A stretch of DNA of 64,000 bases, from the NCBI GenBank assembly GCA_003229305.1, contig QIDH01000092.1, positions 47,408 through 111,407 of the forward strand. The letters are read 5' to 3'. Numbering within the stretch: the first letter of the stretch is position 1; the number at the start of each line of letters is the position of its first letter. Shown here in pieces: positions 17,524 through 26,785 of this stretch. The position numbers and the translations under genes are program-made. The stretch comes from Acidimicrobiia bacterium (GTDB lineage: Bacteria; Actinomycetota; Acidimicrobiia; Spongiisociales; Spongiisociaceae). Under the pieces are notes generated by a model. The model searched no databases. It saw nothing but the letters and a program-made list of their open reading frames with translations, and was not told the DNA's origin.

Positions 17524-17637
17524 GTGTGGCACGTTCCATCGCATTCCAGAAATTGTGCGACCGTTCTGCTGGCCGGTGCGGCCTCATGGAACGTTCCAAC
17601 GCATATACTCCGTATCCGGATGAGCCAGGACGATTAG
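17521..17637 (+). CDS. possible 38-codon upstream ORF / leader peptide (speculative)
   Basis: ATG at 17521 directly after GGGAGGAG. The peptide MVWHVPSHSRNCATVLLAGAASWNVPTHILRIRMSQDD has a duplicated W-x-V-P-[ST]-H motif. The TAG at 17635..17637 lies 12 nt before the tal ATG. Confidence 0.2.
   Translation: MVWHVPSHSRNCATVLLAGAASWNVPTHILRIRMSQDD
17527..17538. promoter_or_regulatory. near-palindrome TGGCACGTTCCA (candidate LacI/GalR-type operator)
   Basis: It differs by one mismatch from the perfect palindrome at 17587..17598, exactly 60 bp away. Both are embedded in the 17-nt direct repeat GG(C/A)ACGTTCCA(T/A)CGCAT. Confidence 0.4.
17587..17598. promoter_or_regulatory. perfect palindrome TGGAACGTTCCA (candidate LacI/GalR-type operator)
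   Basis: 12-bp perfect palindrome with a central CG, 52 nt upstream of the tal ATG. Confidence 0.4.
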
Positions 17638-17649
17638 GGAGTTAAAGAC

Positions 17650-18750
17650 ATGGCGGAGACCACGTACAAGAGCCTCCTGCACGAAACAGTCACCGCATAC
17701 GCGACCGACTTCTGGAACGACTCGTGCTCTGTCGAGGAGCTGGCCTATGCGATCGAACACGGTGCAGTCGGCGCTACCAGCAATCCGACCATCGTCGAAC
17801 AGGTTCTCAAGAAGGAGCGTCATCTTTGGGAGGACCGCATTCATGAGCTGATCTCGAAAAACAGCTCGTGGTCGGATGAAGACGTCATGGGGAAGGTCTT
17901 CGAGGAGATCGCTGTCAAGGGCGCTGAACTGTTGATGCCCGTATTCGAGCGCGAGAACGGTACGAAGGGGCGCCTGTCGATCCAAACCAACCCCTCCTAC
18001 TACCGCAACGTAGACAAGATGGTCCGCCAAGCCGTCCACTACGACTCGCTGGCTCCCAACATGGCGGTGAAGTTGCCGGCCACGAGCAGAGGAATCGCGG
18101 CGATCGAGGAGGCAACGTATCGCGGCGTGAACATCAACGCCACTGTCAGCTTCACAGTGGCCCAAGCCGTAGCCGTAGGAGAAGCCGTCGACCGTGGACT
18201 ACAGCGACGCGAGGAAGAGGGTCTCGCAACGAACATGATGACGCCCGTCACCACGATCATGGTCGGCCGAACCGACGACTGGATTCGGATCGTCACGGGG
18301 AGAGACGGGATTACGGTGAACCCGCAGTATCTACCTTGGGCGGGCGTAGCGGTCTTCAAGAACGCCTACAGAATCTATGAGGAGCGAGGTTTCCGCTCTC
18401 GCCTGCTTGCAGCCGCCTACCGACACCATCTGCATTGGTCCGAGTTCATCGGCGGCGACGTCATCCTCACCATTCCATCGAACTGGCAGAAACTCTTCAA
18501 CAACTCCGAAGTGAAGGTCGTGGGCCGGATGGATGACCCCGTAGCACCAGAGATCATCGCAGAGCTGCACCGCAGGGTTCCCGATTTCCGTAAGGCGTAC
18601 GACGAGGACGGTATGACCGTTGAGGAGTTCGATACCTACGGGGCCACAATGCGCACACTGCGTGGGTTCATCGCTTCGTATCACGAGCTGACCAGGGTCA
18701 TCCGGGAAGACTTCATGCTCCCCAACCCAGACGTGAAACAGCCCGCGTAA
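17650..18750 (+). CDS. tal: transaldolase family protein
   Basis: 366 aa. Sequences GATSNPTIV, RLSIQTNP and MAVKLPAT fit a transaldolase-type TIM barrel pattern. SD AGGGA lies upstream. Confidence 0.85.
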   Translation: MAETTYKSLLHETVTAYATDFWNDSCSVEELAYAIEHGAVGATSNPTIVEQVLKKERHLWEDRIHELISKNSSWSDEDVMGKVFEEIAVKGAELLMPVFERENGTKGRLSIQTNPSYYRNVDKMVRQAVHYDSLAPNMAVKLPATSRGIAAIEEATYRGVNINATVSFTVAQAVAVGEAVDRGLQRREEEGLATNMMTPVTTIMVGRTDDWIRIVTGRDGITVNPQYLPWAGVAVFKNAYRIYEERGFRSRLLAAAYRHHLHWSEFIGGDVILTIPSNWQKLFNNSEVKVVGRMDDPVAPEIIAELHRRVPDFRKAYDEDGMTVEEFDTYGATMRTLRGFIASYHELTRVIREDFMLPNPDVKQPA

Positions 18751-18763
18751 TCAGGAGCCCGTC

Positions 18764-19567
18764 ATGGTTGCCGATGGTGTCGAGCGACGCTCCTTCGCAG
18801 AAGAATTGGCCGTTGAGGCCGGGCAGGTGGCGCTGTCCTACCGCGAACAGGGAGATATGGAGGTCCGGTCGAAAGGGGTCCTCGACTGGGTAACGGAAGC
18901 CGATCTCGCAACCGAGCGGCTGATCCGGCGCCGGATCAGCAAGTCCTTTCCACATGACAAGGTCCTCGGCGAAGAAGAGGGCTACCTGGGCTCTCAGGCG
19001 GACGAGGGCCGCTCTACATGGGTCGTCGACCCCATCGATGGCACCACCTGTTTCGTTTCGGGTCTACCCAGTTGGTGTGTTTCGATTGCGTGCGTTGATG
19101 AGACGGGCCATGCGTTCCTGGGCGTTGTGCACAATCCTCCCGGAGCCGAGACCTTCTCGGCGCTGGACGGTCACGGATTCACTGTCAACGGTCACAAGAC
19201 CTTGATCCCCAATAGGGGCCTGACAGACGGGCTGGTCGGAGTCGGACATCCCCGAGGGGCCCCAGACGAGCCAACGCTTTCGTTTCTCGCAAGGTTGTTC
19301 GCAGCAGGAGGTTTGTTCTACAACTCTGGATCCGCTGCACTCTCGCTCGCCTACGTCGCCGCGGGTCGGCTCGTCGGTTTCTACGAGTCCGATCTCAGGG
19401 CTTGGGATGCCCTAGCCGGCGAGGTTCTGGTGCGAGAGTCTGGCGGCTGGTCCACAGATTTCGTTCATGACGGTTCGCTGACGACGACCAAGCCGGTGCT
19501 GGCGGCAAACCGGGGTAGCACCGCCGCGCTCCAGGATGTGTTCGGTGGGAGCTCCGCACGCTCGTAA
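18764..19567 (+). CDS. inositol monophosphatase family protein
   Basis: Contains the IMPase motifs LGEEEG and WVVDPIDGTTCF. Confidence 0.85.
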   Translation: MVADGVERRSFAEELAVEAGQVALSYREQGDMEVRSKGVLDWVTEADLATERLIRRRISKSFPHDKVLGEEEGYLGSQADEGRSTWVVDPIDGTTCFVSGLPSWCVSIACVDETGHAFLGVVHNPPGAETFSALDGHGFTVNGHKTLIPNRGLTDGLVGVGHPRGAPDEPTLSFLARLFAAGGLFYNSGSAALSLAYVAAGRLVGFYESDLRAWDALAGEVLVRESGGWSTDFVHDGSLTTTKPVLAANRGSTAALQDVFGGSSARS

Positions 19568-19618
19568 CTCGGCCGCCGTGAAATCGCCGCCGCCTGCAAG
19601 GGGGACCGTCAGGCGCTC

Positions 19619-20638
19619 TCAGGTCGATCCCCGGGTCAGTAACTCTGGCTGCCACGAAACCACCTCGCCGTCCGGTGGAGTTCCATTTTGCACCGCCGCG
19701 AGAAGGGCCTTGAACGCAGCGTCTGCCATACCGATGCTGTCCTGAACGATGGTCGTCAGCGGAGGGTTGGTGATGGCGCCGAAAGAGATGCCGTCGTACC
19801 CGACGACCGCGACGTCTTCGGGGACGCGTAGCCCCAGATCGTGACACGCCAGCAGTGCCCCCATGGCCATTGTGTCGTTGAACCCGATCACAGCGTCGAC
19901 ATCAGGGTGTTTGGTGAGGAGCTTCTTGGTGGCATTCCGGCCTTGCTGTATCTTCGGATGGCCGGCTTCAACCGGAGGGTTGCCTACCTCGGTTCTTTCG
20001 GTCACAGCTCTCTGTAACGCGACGAAGCGCCCATGAACCACCTCAGGAAACATTTCGTTCATGAGAATCCCAATTCGTCTCTTCCCGGTGTCGACGAGAT
20101 GGCCCACCACCAGATCAGCGGCTCGATCTTCGTCCATAGCGATGGACACGACGTTGGGGATCTTGGCTTCCCGGCCGATCATCACGACCGGGCACCCACT
20201 GGTCGCGGCGAACAGTTCGATCTCCTTGTCCGCGAAGAAGGACGGGAAGAATGCGACGCCATCGACACCGAGGGTGAGAAGCGTTTCGAGTGTTCCCATC
20301 CCGCGGTCATCATCGAAATCGAGTTCTGTGACCACCAGGTAGTAGCCGTGCTCCCGAGCGGCCGACTGCATACCCGAACAGGTGTCACCAAAGTGCGAAT
20401 TCCGCATGTCGACCGCTGCGAACCCGAACGTGAGCGAGGTCCGGGTGACCAGAGCCCTGGCCATTCGATTCGGACGGTATCCGAGGTTCTCGATCGCTTC
20501 TTCGACTCGCCGGCGAGTCGCCGGGGCCACCCGCGGATGGTCAGACAGGACGCGCGAAACTGTCTGACGCGAGACGTCTGCCACCTTCGCCACGTCGACG
20601 ATCGTGGGCCTGTCGATCCCGCTCAGCCTTTCTCTCAT
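19619..20638 (-). CDS. LacI family transcriptional regulator
   Basis: N-terminal HTH TIVDVAKVADVSRQTVSRVLSDHPRVAPATRRRVEEAIENLGYRPNRMARAL followed by a periplasmic-binding-protein-like sugar-binding core. Confidence 0.9.
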   Translation of the reverse strand: MRERLSGIDRPTIVDVAKVADVSRQTVSRVLSDHPRVAPATRRRVEEAIENLGYRPNRMARALVTRTSLTFGFAAVDMRNSHFGDTCSGMQSAAREHGYYLVVTELDFDDDRGMGTLETLLTLGVDGVAFFPSFFADKEIELFAATSGCPVVMIGREAKIPNVVSIAMDEDRAADLVVGHLVDTGKRRIGILMNEMFPEVVHGRFVALQRAVTERTEVGNPPVEAGHPKIQQGRNATKKLLTKHPDVDAVIGFNDTMAMGALLACHDLGLRVPEDVAVVGYDGISFGAITNPPLTTIVQDSIGMADAAFKALLAAVQNGTPPDGEVVSWQPELLTRGST

Positions 20639-20678
20639 CGATCGATCCCTGTTCGTTCGTAGTCGGTGACTACACCGG

Positions 20679-20708
20679 TTGACACGATGTGAACGTTCAC
20701 ACTAAGGT
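20679..20708 (+). promoter_or_regulatory. candidate promoter TTGACA-18-TAAGGT with LacI-type operator in the spacer
   Basis: TTGACA at 20679..20684 and TAAGGT at 20703..20708. The perfect 14-bp palindrome TGTGAACGTTCACA at 20688..20701 lies between them. The site is between the divergent lacI-family gene and the GDPD gene. Confidence 0.6.
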
Positions 20709-20933
20709 GTCGTCCAGCCTTCGCACAGATGGACGCCGACGCCCACTGTAGGTGCCGTGTATACGTTGGGCATATGGAGATTACCAGGTGAGACCGACCC
20801 TCGATTTCGTCTTTAAGGTGGCCAAGATCGTTCATCGATCCGGCTGGCGAGAAGCCTCAACTTTGGCCGTGAGCGACACGGTTCGCGACGATTCTCGGGC
20901 TCTCTAGAGCGGGCACACCCGCCGGTTTCTGCC

Positions 20934-21725
20934 ATGCCGTACGAGACACCTCCCTGGACGCAGGTCATCGCCCATCGGGGCAACTCTGGGCGGTTGCCCG
21001 AAAACACCCCGACCGCCATCAATGACGCAATCGACCTAGGCGTCGACATGGTCGAGATCGACATCAGGTTGACCAAGGACGGCGTCCCTATTCTGATGCA
21101 TCACGATCGGGTCGACGAGACAACGTCTGGCACCGGCCTGGTGACCGATCTCACGTGGGATGAGCTCGAGACGCTGGACGCGGGCAGTTGGCGTGGCCCG
21201 CAGTTTGCCGGTGAGCCAGTGCAGGCCCTCGACGAAGTGCTTAACCTGACCCGCGGCCGCGTCGCGCTGAATCTCGATGTCCAGGTGCCTGAAGCCACGA
21301 AGCCGACAGTCATCGCGGCGATCGAGGCAGGAGTGTCGGCAAGCGTCGTCATCAGCGGTTGCGCAGCGAAGTGTGTGCGAACGGTTCGGGACATGACAGG
21401 CGATATTGCCACCCTCTTCAATCTGGACGAATTGCTTGCCGGGATCGATCCCGCCGAGGCTCACACGATGGCCCACCACAGCATCGACATCGCAGTCGAG
21501 CTGGGAGCCATAGCAATCAATATTCCACACCCATTGGTCGATAATTCCCTGGTGGACCAGGCACGAGAGGTGGGAATCGGCGTATGGACATTCGTGGTCG
21601 ACGATGAAACACGGTTTGTGGAGATGATGGACATGGGCGTCGCCTCGATTACGACCAACTGGCCAGAGCGCATGCTTCCTCTCGCCAATGGAGGCTCGTC
21701 GCGACCCTGGCTGACCCAATCATGA
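20934..21725 (+). CDS. glycerophosphodiester phosphodiesterase (GDPD) family protein
   Basis: Sequence VIAHRGNSGRLPENTPTAINDAIDLGVDMVEIDIRLTKDGVPILMHHD carries the canonical GDPD N-terminal motifs. Confidence 0.85.
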   Translation: MPYETPPWTQVIAHRGNSGRLPENTPTAINDAIDLGVDMVEIDIRLTKDGVPILMHHDRVDETTSGTGLVTDLTWDELETLDAGSWRGPQFAGEPVQALDEVLNLTRGRVALNLDVQVPEATKPTVIAAIEAGVSASVVISGCAAKCVRTVRDMTGDIATLFNLDELLAGIDPAEAHTMAHHSIDIAVELGAIAINIPHPLVDNSLVDQAREVGIGVWTFVVDDETRFVEMMDMGVASITTNWPERMLPLANGGSSRPWLTQS

Positions 21726-23197
21726 GTTGGATGAAGGCTCTCGCCGATGCCTACCACACGGCATGCGACCGCTACCCGAACGAGAAGCTCATGCTGGTGT
21801 CCGACATCGACGGCACGATCATCGACATGCGCTACCTGGTGATGTCCGTTCTTCAGGGCTATGACCAGGAGCACGGCACGGGCTATTTCACACGCCTGGC
21901 AGCCTCCGACGTAGACGTACACGAGAACCATGTCGAACAACTGCTCGAAAGGCTGGCCATCCCGGTTGCGGAACGTCACAAGGTGATGCCTTGGTATCTG
22001 GATCACCGCTGGCGCGAGGACACGATTCTGAGCTCCCACCAGCCGTTTCCGGGAGTTCTACCTGTGATCCGATGGTTCCAGCTCCAACCGAACACAACCG
22101 TCGGCTTGCTCACGGGTAGGCCGGAGTCACTCCGAAAGGCGACTCTCCGCTCGTTGAACAGGATGGGCGAGACCCACCTGGTGAGCTTTGATGACGACGT
22201 GCTGCTGATGAACCCCGGGGAGTGGGGGCAGGATGTCGAGAACTCCAAGGTTGACGGATTGAGGCAGTTCCGCGAGATGGGGTACCACGTATTTGCCTTG
22301 ATCGACAACGAGCCGCGCGTGCTGGAAGCGCTGGCGGATGAAACGGGGAACGAGGAGCTACTCCTGCTCCATGCCGACACGATCTTCGAGTCAGCCAGCT
22401 CATCCATGCCGGGTGGTGTCATCGAGGGCAGGGACTACGGGCTGACGGAGCTGGTCCGCGGCGAAAAGGCGCTCCCCCGTCAGGTCCAGCTGGTGTGGCA
22501 CGGGGTAAACTATCCAGCCAACCTCCGACAGTTCATCGGATCGGAAGTATTCTGGGCCGAGATCGACGTACGCGATGACCCGTCTGGTGAGCTCATCCTC
22601 CGCCACGACTCCTTCGAGACGACGCCCGCCCTACGTGACGAGAAATGGCTGACCTTCGACGAGGCCATCGCCAAGCTGGCAAACAGCGCCAGCGGGATAA
22701 AGCTCGACATCAAGGGTGGAGTCGACGTGCTCGATCGGGTCTTGGAGTCCATTGCCTCCCTGCAACTGCCGGATGACCGCCTGTGGTTCAATGGTGAAAT
22801 CGAAGGCATCGGGGAGCAGGGCTTCCGGAGGATTCGAGCCGCCCACCCGGCGGCGATCGTACAGTGCCCAATCGGATGGCTGGATCCGCTCCTCGGAGCA
22901 GCACCGGAGGAAGCACGGCGGCTACTCGAGATGCTGGCCGATTGGGGCATAGGCCGCTTCTCGGTGAATTGGGAAGACGCCAATGCACGGGCGATGTTCG
23001 AGAAACTGGCGGGTTGGGGCTATGACGTCAATTTCTACGGGGTCCTCGATCTAGAGGGCTTCTTGAAGGCGGTCGTCATGTTGCCCCGCTCCGTCACGTC
23101 TGATTTCAATTTTCCGCAATGGAACTACTACGGACAGGGGGCGGGCCAGGACGGACGGCGGCTGACCTATCACATATCCCAGCAAGACGCTGACTGA
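21722..23197 (+). CDS. fusion protein: N-terminal HAD-like phosphatase + C-terminal PLC/GDPD-like TIM-barrel domain
   Basis: ATGA overlap with the GDPD stop. HAD motif I is LVSDIDGTIID (DxDxT). The C-terminal half (LVWHGVN...WAEIDVRDD...LRHD...KLDIKGG) resembles the PLC-like phosphodiesterase superfamily. Confidence 0.6.
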   Translation: MSWMKALADAYHTACDRYPNEKLMLVSDIDGTIIDMRYLVMSVLQGYDQEHGTGYFTRLAASDVDVHENHVEQLLERLAIPVAERHKVMPWYLDHRWREDTILSSHQPFPGVLPVIRWFQLQPNTTVGLLTGRPESLRKATLRSLNRMGETHLVSFDDDVLLMNPGEWGQDVENSKVDGLRQFREMGYHVFALIDNEPRVLEALADETGNEELLLLHADTIFESASSSMPGGVIEGRDYGLTELVRGEKALPRQVQLVWHGVNYPANLRQFIGSEVFWAEIDVRDDPSGELILRHDSFETTPALRDEKWLTFDEAIAKLANSASGIKLDIKGGVDVLDRVLESIASLQLPDDRLWFNGEIEGIGEQGFRRIRAAHPAAIVQCPIGWLDPLLGAAPEEARRLLEMLADWGIGRFSVNWEDANARAMFEKLAGWGYDVNFYGVLDLEGFLKAVVMLPRSVTSDFNFPQWNYYGQGAGQDGRRLTYHISQQDAD

Positions 23198-23344
23198 TCA
23201 CGAAACGGGGCGCAACCAGAGGAGAGTCACCGGCCGTCCCGAATGGTCCGTGCTCGCCCGCGGAAGCGAACAAGGCATGGGAGCGACGGAGGGCGAAGCC
23301 GAATCCGCCGCCAGAGGAGAAGTTTGGTCCCTAGCGTCCTTGGA

Positions 23345-24442
23345 ATGACAACGACTCTGCGCACCCGAAATATCGGGTGGGTGATCGTGATGCTGCTGGT
23401 GACAAGCGCTTGCGCATCCGGAAGTTCGGGATATGAGGTTGTTCTGGACGGCCTCAACGAACCTCGAGGTCTATGGATCCTGAGCGATGGCACCCTGTGC
23501 GTGGCCGAAGCGGGCAGACTGGCTGAGGGCCAGGTGGTGAAAGAAGGCCCCACCGCGAATCGAGCTGATACGGGGTCGGTGAGCTGTGTGAACACCGCGG
23601 GAACCCGCCGGCGAATCGTCGAGCGGCTCCCCTACGTCTTCTACAACGTCACAGGGGTCACAACCGGCCCTGCCGATTTGGCCGAGATGGACGGAAACCT
23701 CTATCTGCTCACAGGCGAGGGCTCAGGGTCGCTGGCCCGTAATCTACTGAGGATCACCGACCTCACAACAACGCCAGAGGTGATAGCCGACTTCCTGGCT
23801 TTTGCGACTGAGACGGCACAGCCCGACTTCTTCGACAACATCGACGTCATCTCCAATCCATTCGCCATGATCCCCGATCCTGACAACCAGCGCTTGCTCG
23901 TCACAGACGGTGCCACCGGTCAGGTGCTCTCGGCCGGTCTCGATGGTGACATCCAGGTGTTCTCCGATGTGCCAGGGCACGAAGTGCTGACAGGGATCGC
24001 CAGGGGACCGGATGGCCTCGTGTATGTGGCCTCCTTCAGCGAGTTGCCTCACGCGACGGGTGCCGGCGCGATTCTGCGACTGAATCCCAACGGCTCAGCC
24101 ACCCTAGCGGCTGACCAGTTGACCACTCCCATCGACCTGGCATTCGACTCGTCCGGTCGGATGTATGTGCTCGAGTTCATCGACGGCACGCAGACCGACA
24201 GTCCCTATCGCGACAAGACGGGGCGCCTGATCCGCCTCGAACCTCGAGGTGAAGGCTGGGCCCAAAGCCAGTTGTTGGTGGAGGGTTTGCCGTTTCCGAC
24301 TGCTCTGCTGATCGACGGTGAGGACAGAATCTACATCTCGGTGCACGGGGCCTTCAGCCCACCCGACACCGGCTCGGTGCTGCGATTCGATGATCTGGCT
24401 TCGGTCGGACAGCCGGTCCAATTCGCCGACAAATCTCCATGA
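23345..24442 (+). CDS. ScyD/ScyE-like beta-propeller lipoprotein
   Basis: ATG at 23345. The signal peptide has lipobox LVTSAC. Sequences GLNEPRGLWILSDGTLCVAEAG...TPIDLAFDSSGRMYVLEF. Confidence 0.65.
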   Translation: MTTTLRTRNIGWVIVMLLVTSACASGSSGYEVVLDGLNEPRGLWILSDGTLCVAEAGRLAEGQVVKEGPTANRADTGSVSCVNTAGTRRRIVERLPYVFYNVTGVTTGPADLAEMDGNLYLLTGEGSGSLARNLLRITDLTTTPEVIADFLAFATETAQPDFFDNIDVISNPFAMIPDPDNQRLLVTDGATGQVLSAGLDGDIQVFSDVPGHEVLTGIARGPDGLVYVASFSELPHATGAGAILRLNPNGSATLAADQLTTPIDLAFDSSGRMYVLEFIDGTQTDSPYRDKTGRLIRLEPRGEGWAQSQLLVEGLPFPTALLIDGEDRIYISVHGAFSPPDTGSVLRFDDLASVGQPVQFADKSP

Positions 24443-24475
24443 CTCCCCACAGACCCACGGTGGTTCCGGGGGGCT

Positions 24476-25516
24476 TCAACCCACGGCCTGGGCGGCGGCC
24501 GCCAGGTTGGCGAGCTTCGATTTGGCGGTCGCCAAGTCCAACATCGCAAGTCCGCAGTCTGGACCGGCAACAAGGCGCCGGCTGTCGATGTGAATAAGGG
24601 CTGCACCGAGTCGGGTTCGTATTTCCTCCACAGATTCAATTCGAGTCTTGGCAATGGCTACGAGTCCAAGGATCACTGTCTTGTGCTCGAACAGCTCCAG
24701 CAGTCGCAGATCGCTTGGCCGGTGGGCATCCTCGATGGCGACAGCGTCGACCGCAGCCTGGTCCAACGCACCAGCCAGTTCGAAATAGGCATTTGGGTCG
24801 GCCTTGAGAACATCTTCGTCCGGTTGATCGAGATGGCGCGGATAACCACAACAGAGATGAACCACACGTTGAACCTCGGCCGGCACGCCGGCGAAACAAC
24901 GTTCGAGGTCCTCTATCCCAAACGCCAGAGCATCACCCGTCTTGCGGGCAAATACCGGTTCGTCGACCTGGATGTGGCGACAACCAGCCTCGGCCAGCGC
25001 CCGGATCTCCACGTTGAGTACGTCGGCCAGGTCGCGGTTGAGCCGCCGAGGGTCACCGTAGTGCCGATCGACCACCGTGTCGGCGATGGTCATCGGACCA
25101 GGGATGGTGATCTTGATCGGCCGGGGTGAGTATGACTGGGCGATCTGGTAGTCGTGCGGGAGGAACCTGCCGACCGGACGGACCCGGTCGACAATCGTTG
25201 GCACCTCGCGCTCCCAGGCGCCGCCGCGGATGTCTCGTGATTCGAGTCGCCCGAAATCCACTCCGCTCAGATGCCGAAGGTGGTAGAAGATGTAGTGCTC
25301 CCGCCGCATCTCACCATCGGTTGGAACGTCGATGCCCGCGTCGATCTGGGCTTCAACCGCTACGCGGGTAGCGAGGGTAAACCGGGTTTCGAGGTCCCGG
25401 TTGGCGGAATGGTTCGGGTCCGCCAGAGTCGAGTAGTGCGCCGGCATCTGCCCACCGACCGCAAGGTTGGCCGGCTTGGGAAAAGCACCGATTGTCGTCG
25501 TGACAATTGCTGTCAT
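24476..25516 (-). CDS. cobalamin-independent methionine synthase C-terminal-domain-like (Meth_synt_2/URO-D-like) Zn enzyme
   Basis: ATG at 25516. Sequences IQVDEPVFA, VVHLCCGYP and VAGPDCGLA match MetE catalytic-domain Zn/substrate motifs, but the protein is only 346 aa and so lacks the MetE N-terminal domain. Confidence 0.7.
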   Translation of the reverse strand: MTAIVTTTIGAFPKPANLAVGGQMPAHYSTLADPNHSANRDLETRFTLATRVAVEAQIDAGIDVPTDGEMRREHYIFYHLRHLSGVDFGRLESRDIRGGAWEREVPTIVDRVRPVGRFLPHDYQIAQSYSPRPIKITIPGPMTIADTVVDRHYGDPRRLNRDLADVLNVEIRALAEAGCRHIQVDEPVFARKTGDALAFGIEDLERCFAGVPAEVQRVVHLCCGYPRHLDQPDEDVLKADPNAYFELAGALDQAAVDAVAIEDAHRPSDLRLLELFEHKTVILGLVAIAKTRIESVEEIRTRLGAALIHIDSRRLVAGPDCGLAMLDLATAKSKLANLAAAAQAVG

Positions 25517-25656
25517 CGTCACCACGCCCGATTCCCGAACGCCGGCCCCAGTCCGGCGACGGTGCCGACCCCGCCTGGAGATGCCGTCAGGATCCCAATC
25601 AGATATTCCTCCACGAGTCACCCTCCAGCGAGGCTTTCAAACGATGATCCGAGCCA

Positions 25657-26754
25657 TCAGGCCCAGAGGAGCGAGTTTTCGGTGACCGGATCAAAGAGTT
25701 GGATCTTGGAGGGGTCGACTTGGAGGTCGAGGTTGTCTCCGACCCTGACTCCCCTGGTTTTGTCCACCAAAACTCGCATCTCTACGCCGTTGATTCCGAC
25801 CCCAACCAGGTCCTCTCGTCCAAGCGGCTCAACCGTTTCGGCTACGCCACTGAGGGTGGGGCCCGAGTGGCCAGAAGTTCCTTCGGCCAGGTTCAAGTCC
25901 TCCGGTCGCAGTCCCATCGTGACTTTGCCCTTGACCGCGGCCGCTTTCTCGGCTCGTTCCTGTGGCAGGATCAGGTCGATCGATTCGCTCTTTGCCCGGA
26001 ATTCTCCGTTGTCCCTCGTGACCTCGATATCGAGAAAGTTCATCGGGGGGTTCCCAACGAACCCTGCTACAAACAGCGTCTTGGGACGGTCGTAGAGAGC
26101 TTCGGGCACGTCGTAGGCTTGCAAGATGCCCTTTGACATCACTGCAATCCGGTCGGCCATCGTCATGGCCTCGACCTGGTCATGGGTCACATAAATCGAC
26201 GTAATTCCCAGATCGCCTTGGAGCCGTTTGATCTCGCCTCGCATAGTCAGCCGGAGGCGGGCATCCAGATTCGAGAGTGGCTCGTCGAAGAGGAGGAGCT
26301 GCGGTTCCTTCACCAGGGCCCGGCCAAGGGAAACCCGCTGTTGTTGGCCCCCAGAAAGCTGGGCGATTTTGCGATCCAGCAGATCGCCGATGCCCATCAT
26401 GTCGGCCACCTTCTGAACCCTGTCCTTGATAACGGCCTTGTCGAGTTTTTGGATCCTGAGCGGGTAGCTGATGTTCCCGAACACGGTCATGTGCGGATAT
26501 AGGGCATAACTCTGAAATACCATTCCGATGCCACGATCCTTGGGTGCGACCTCGTTGACCACCCGTCCGTCGAATGAGATCGTTCCGCCAGAGGGCTTGT
26601 AGATGCCGGCCACCATCAACAGCGTGGTCGTCTTGCCACAGCCGGACGGGCCGAGAAAGGCCACCAGATCGCCGTCTGAGATGTCAAGGGTGATCTTGTC
26701 AGCTCCGACCACACCATCCCAACTCTTGCTCAGGTTGTCGAGTTCTACCCTCAC
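25657..26754 (-). CDS. sugar ABC transporter ATP-binding protein (MsiK/UgpC/MalK-like)
   Basis: Walker A GPSGCGKTT, signature LSGGQQQRV, Walker B LLLFDEPLSNLD, and a C-terminal TOBE-like regulatory domain. Confidence 0.9.
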   Translation of the reverse strand: MRVELDNLSKSWDGVVGADKITLDISDGDLVAFLGPSGCGKTTTLLMVAGIYKPSGGTISFDGRVVNEVAPKDRGIGMVFQSYALYPHMTVFGNISYPLRIQKLDKAVIKDRVQKVADMMGIGDLLDRKIAQLSGGQQQRVSLGRALVKEPQLLLFDEPLSNLDARLRLTMRGEIKRLQGDLGITSIYVTHDQVEAMTMADRIAVMSKGILQAYDVPEALYDRPKTLFVAGFVGNPPMNFLDIEVTRDNGEFRAKSESIDLILPQERAEKAAAVKGKVTMGLRPEDLNLAEGTSGHSGPTLSGVAETVEPLGREDLVGVGINGVEMRVLVDKTRGVRVGDNLDLQVDPSKIQLFDPVTENSLLWA

Positions 26755-26785
26755 GTCAGTTTCCCTTCTCTTCCATGCTGATAGA

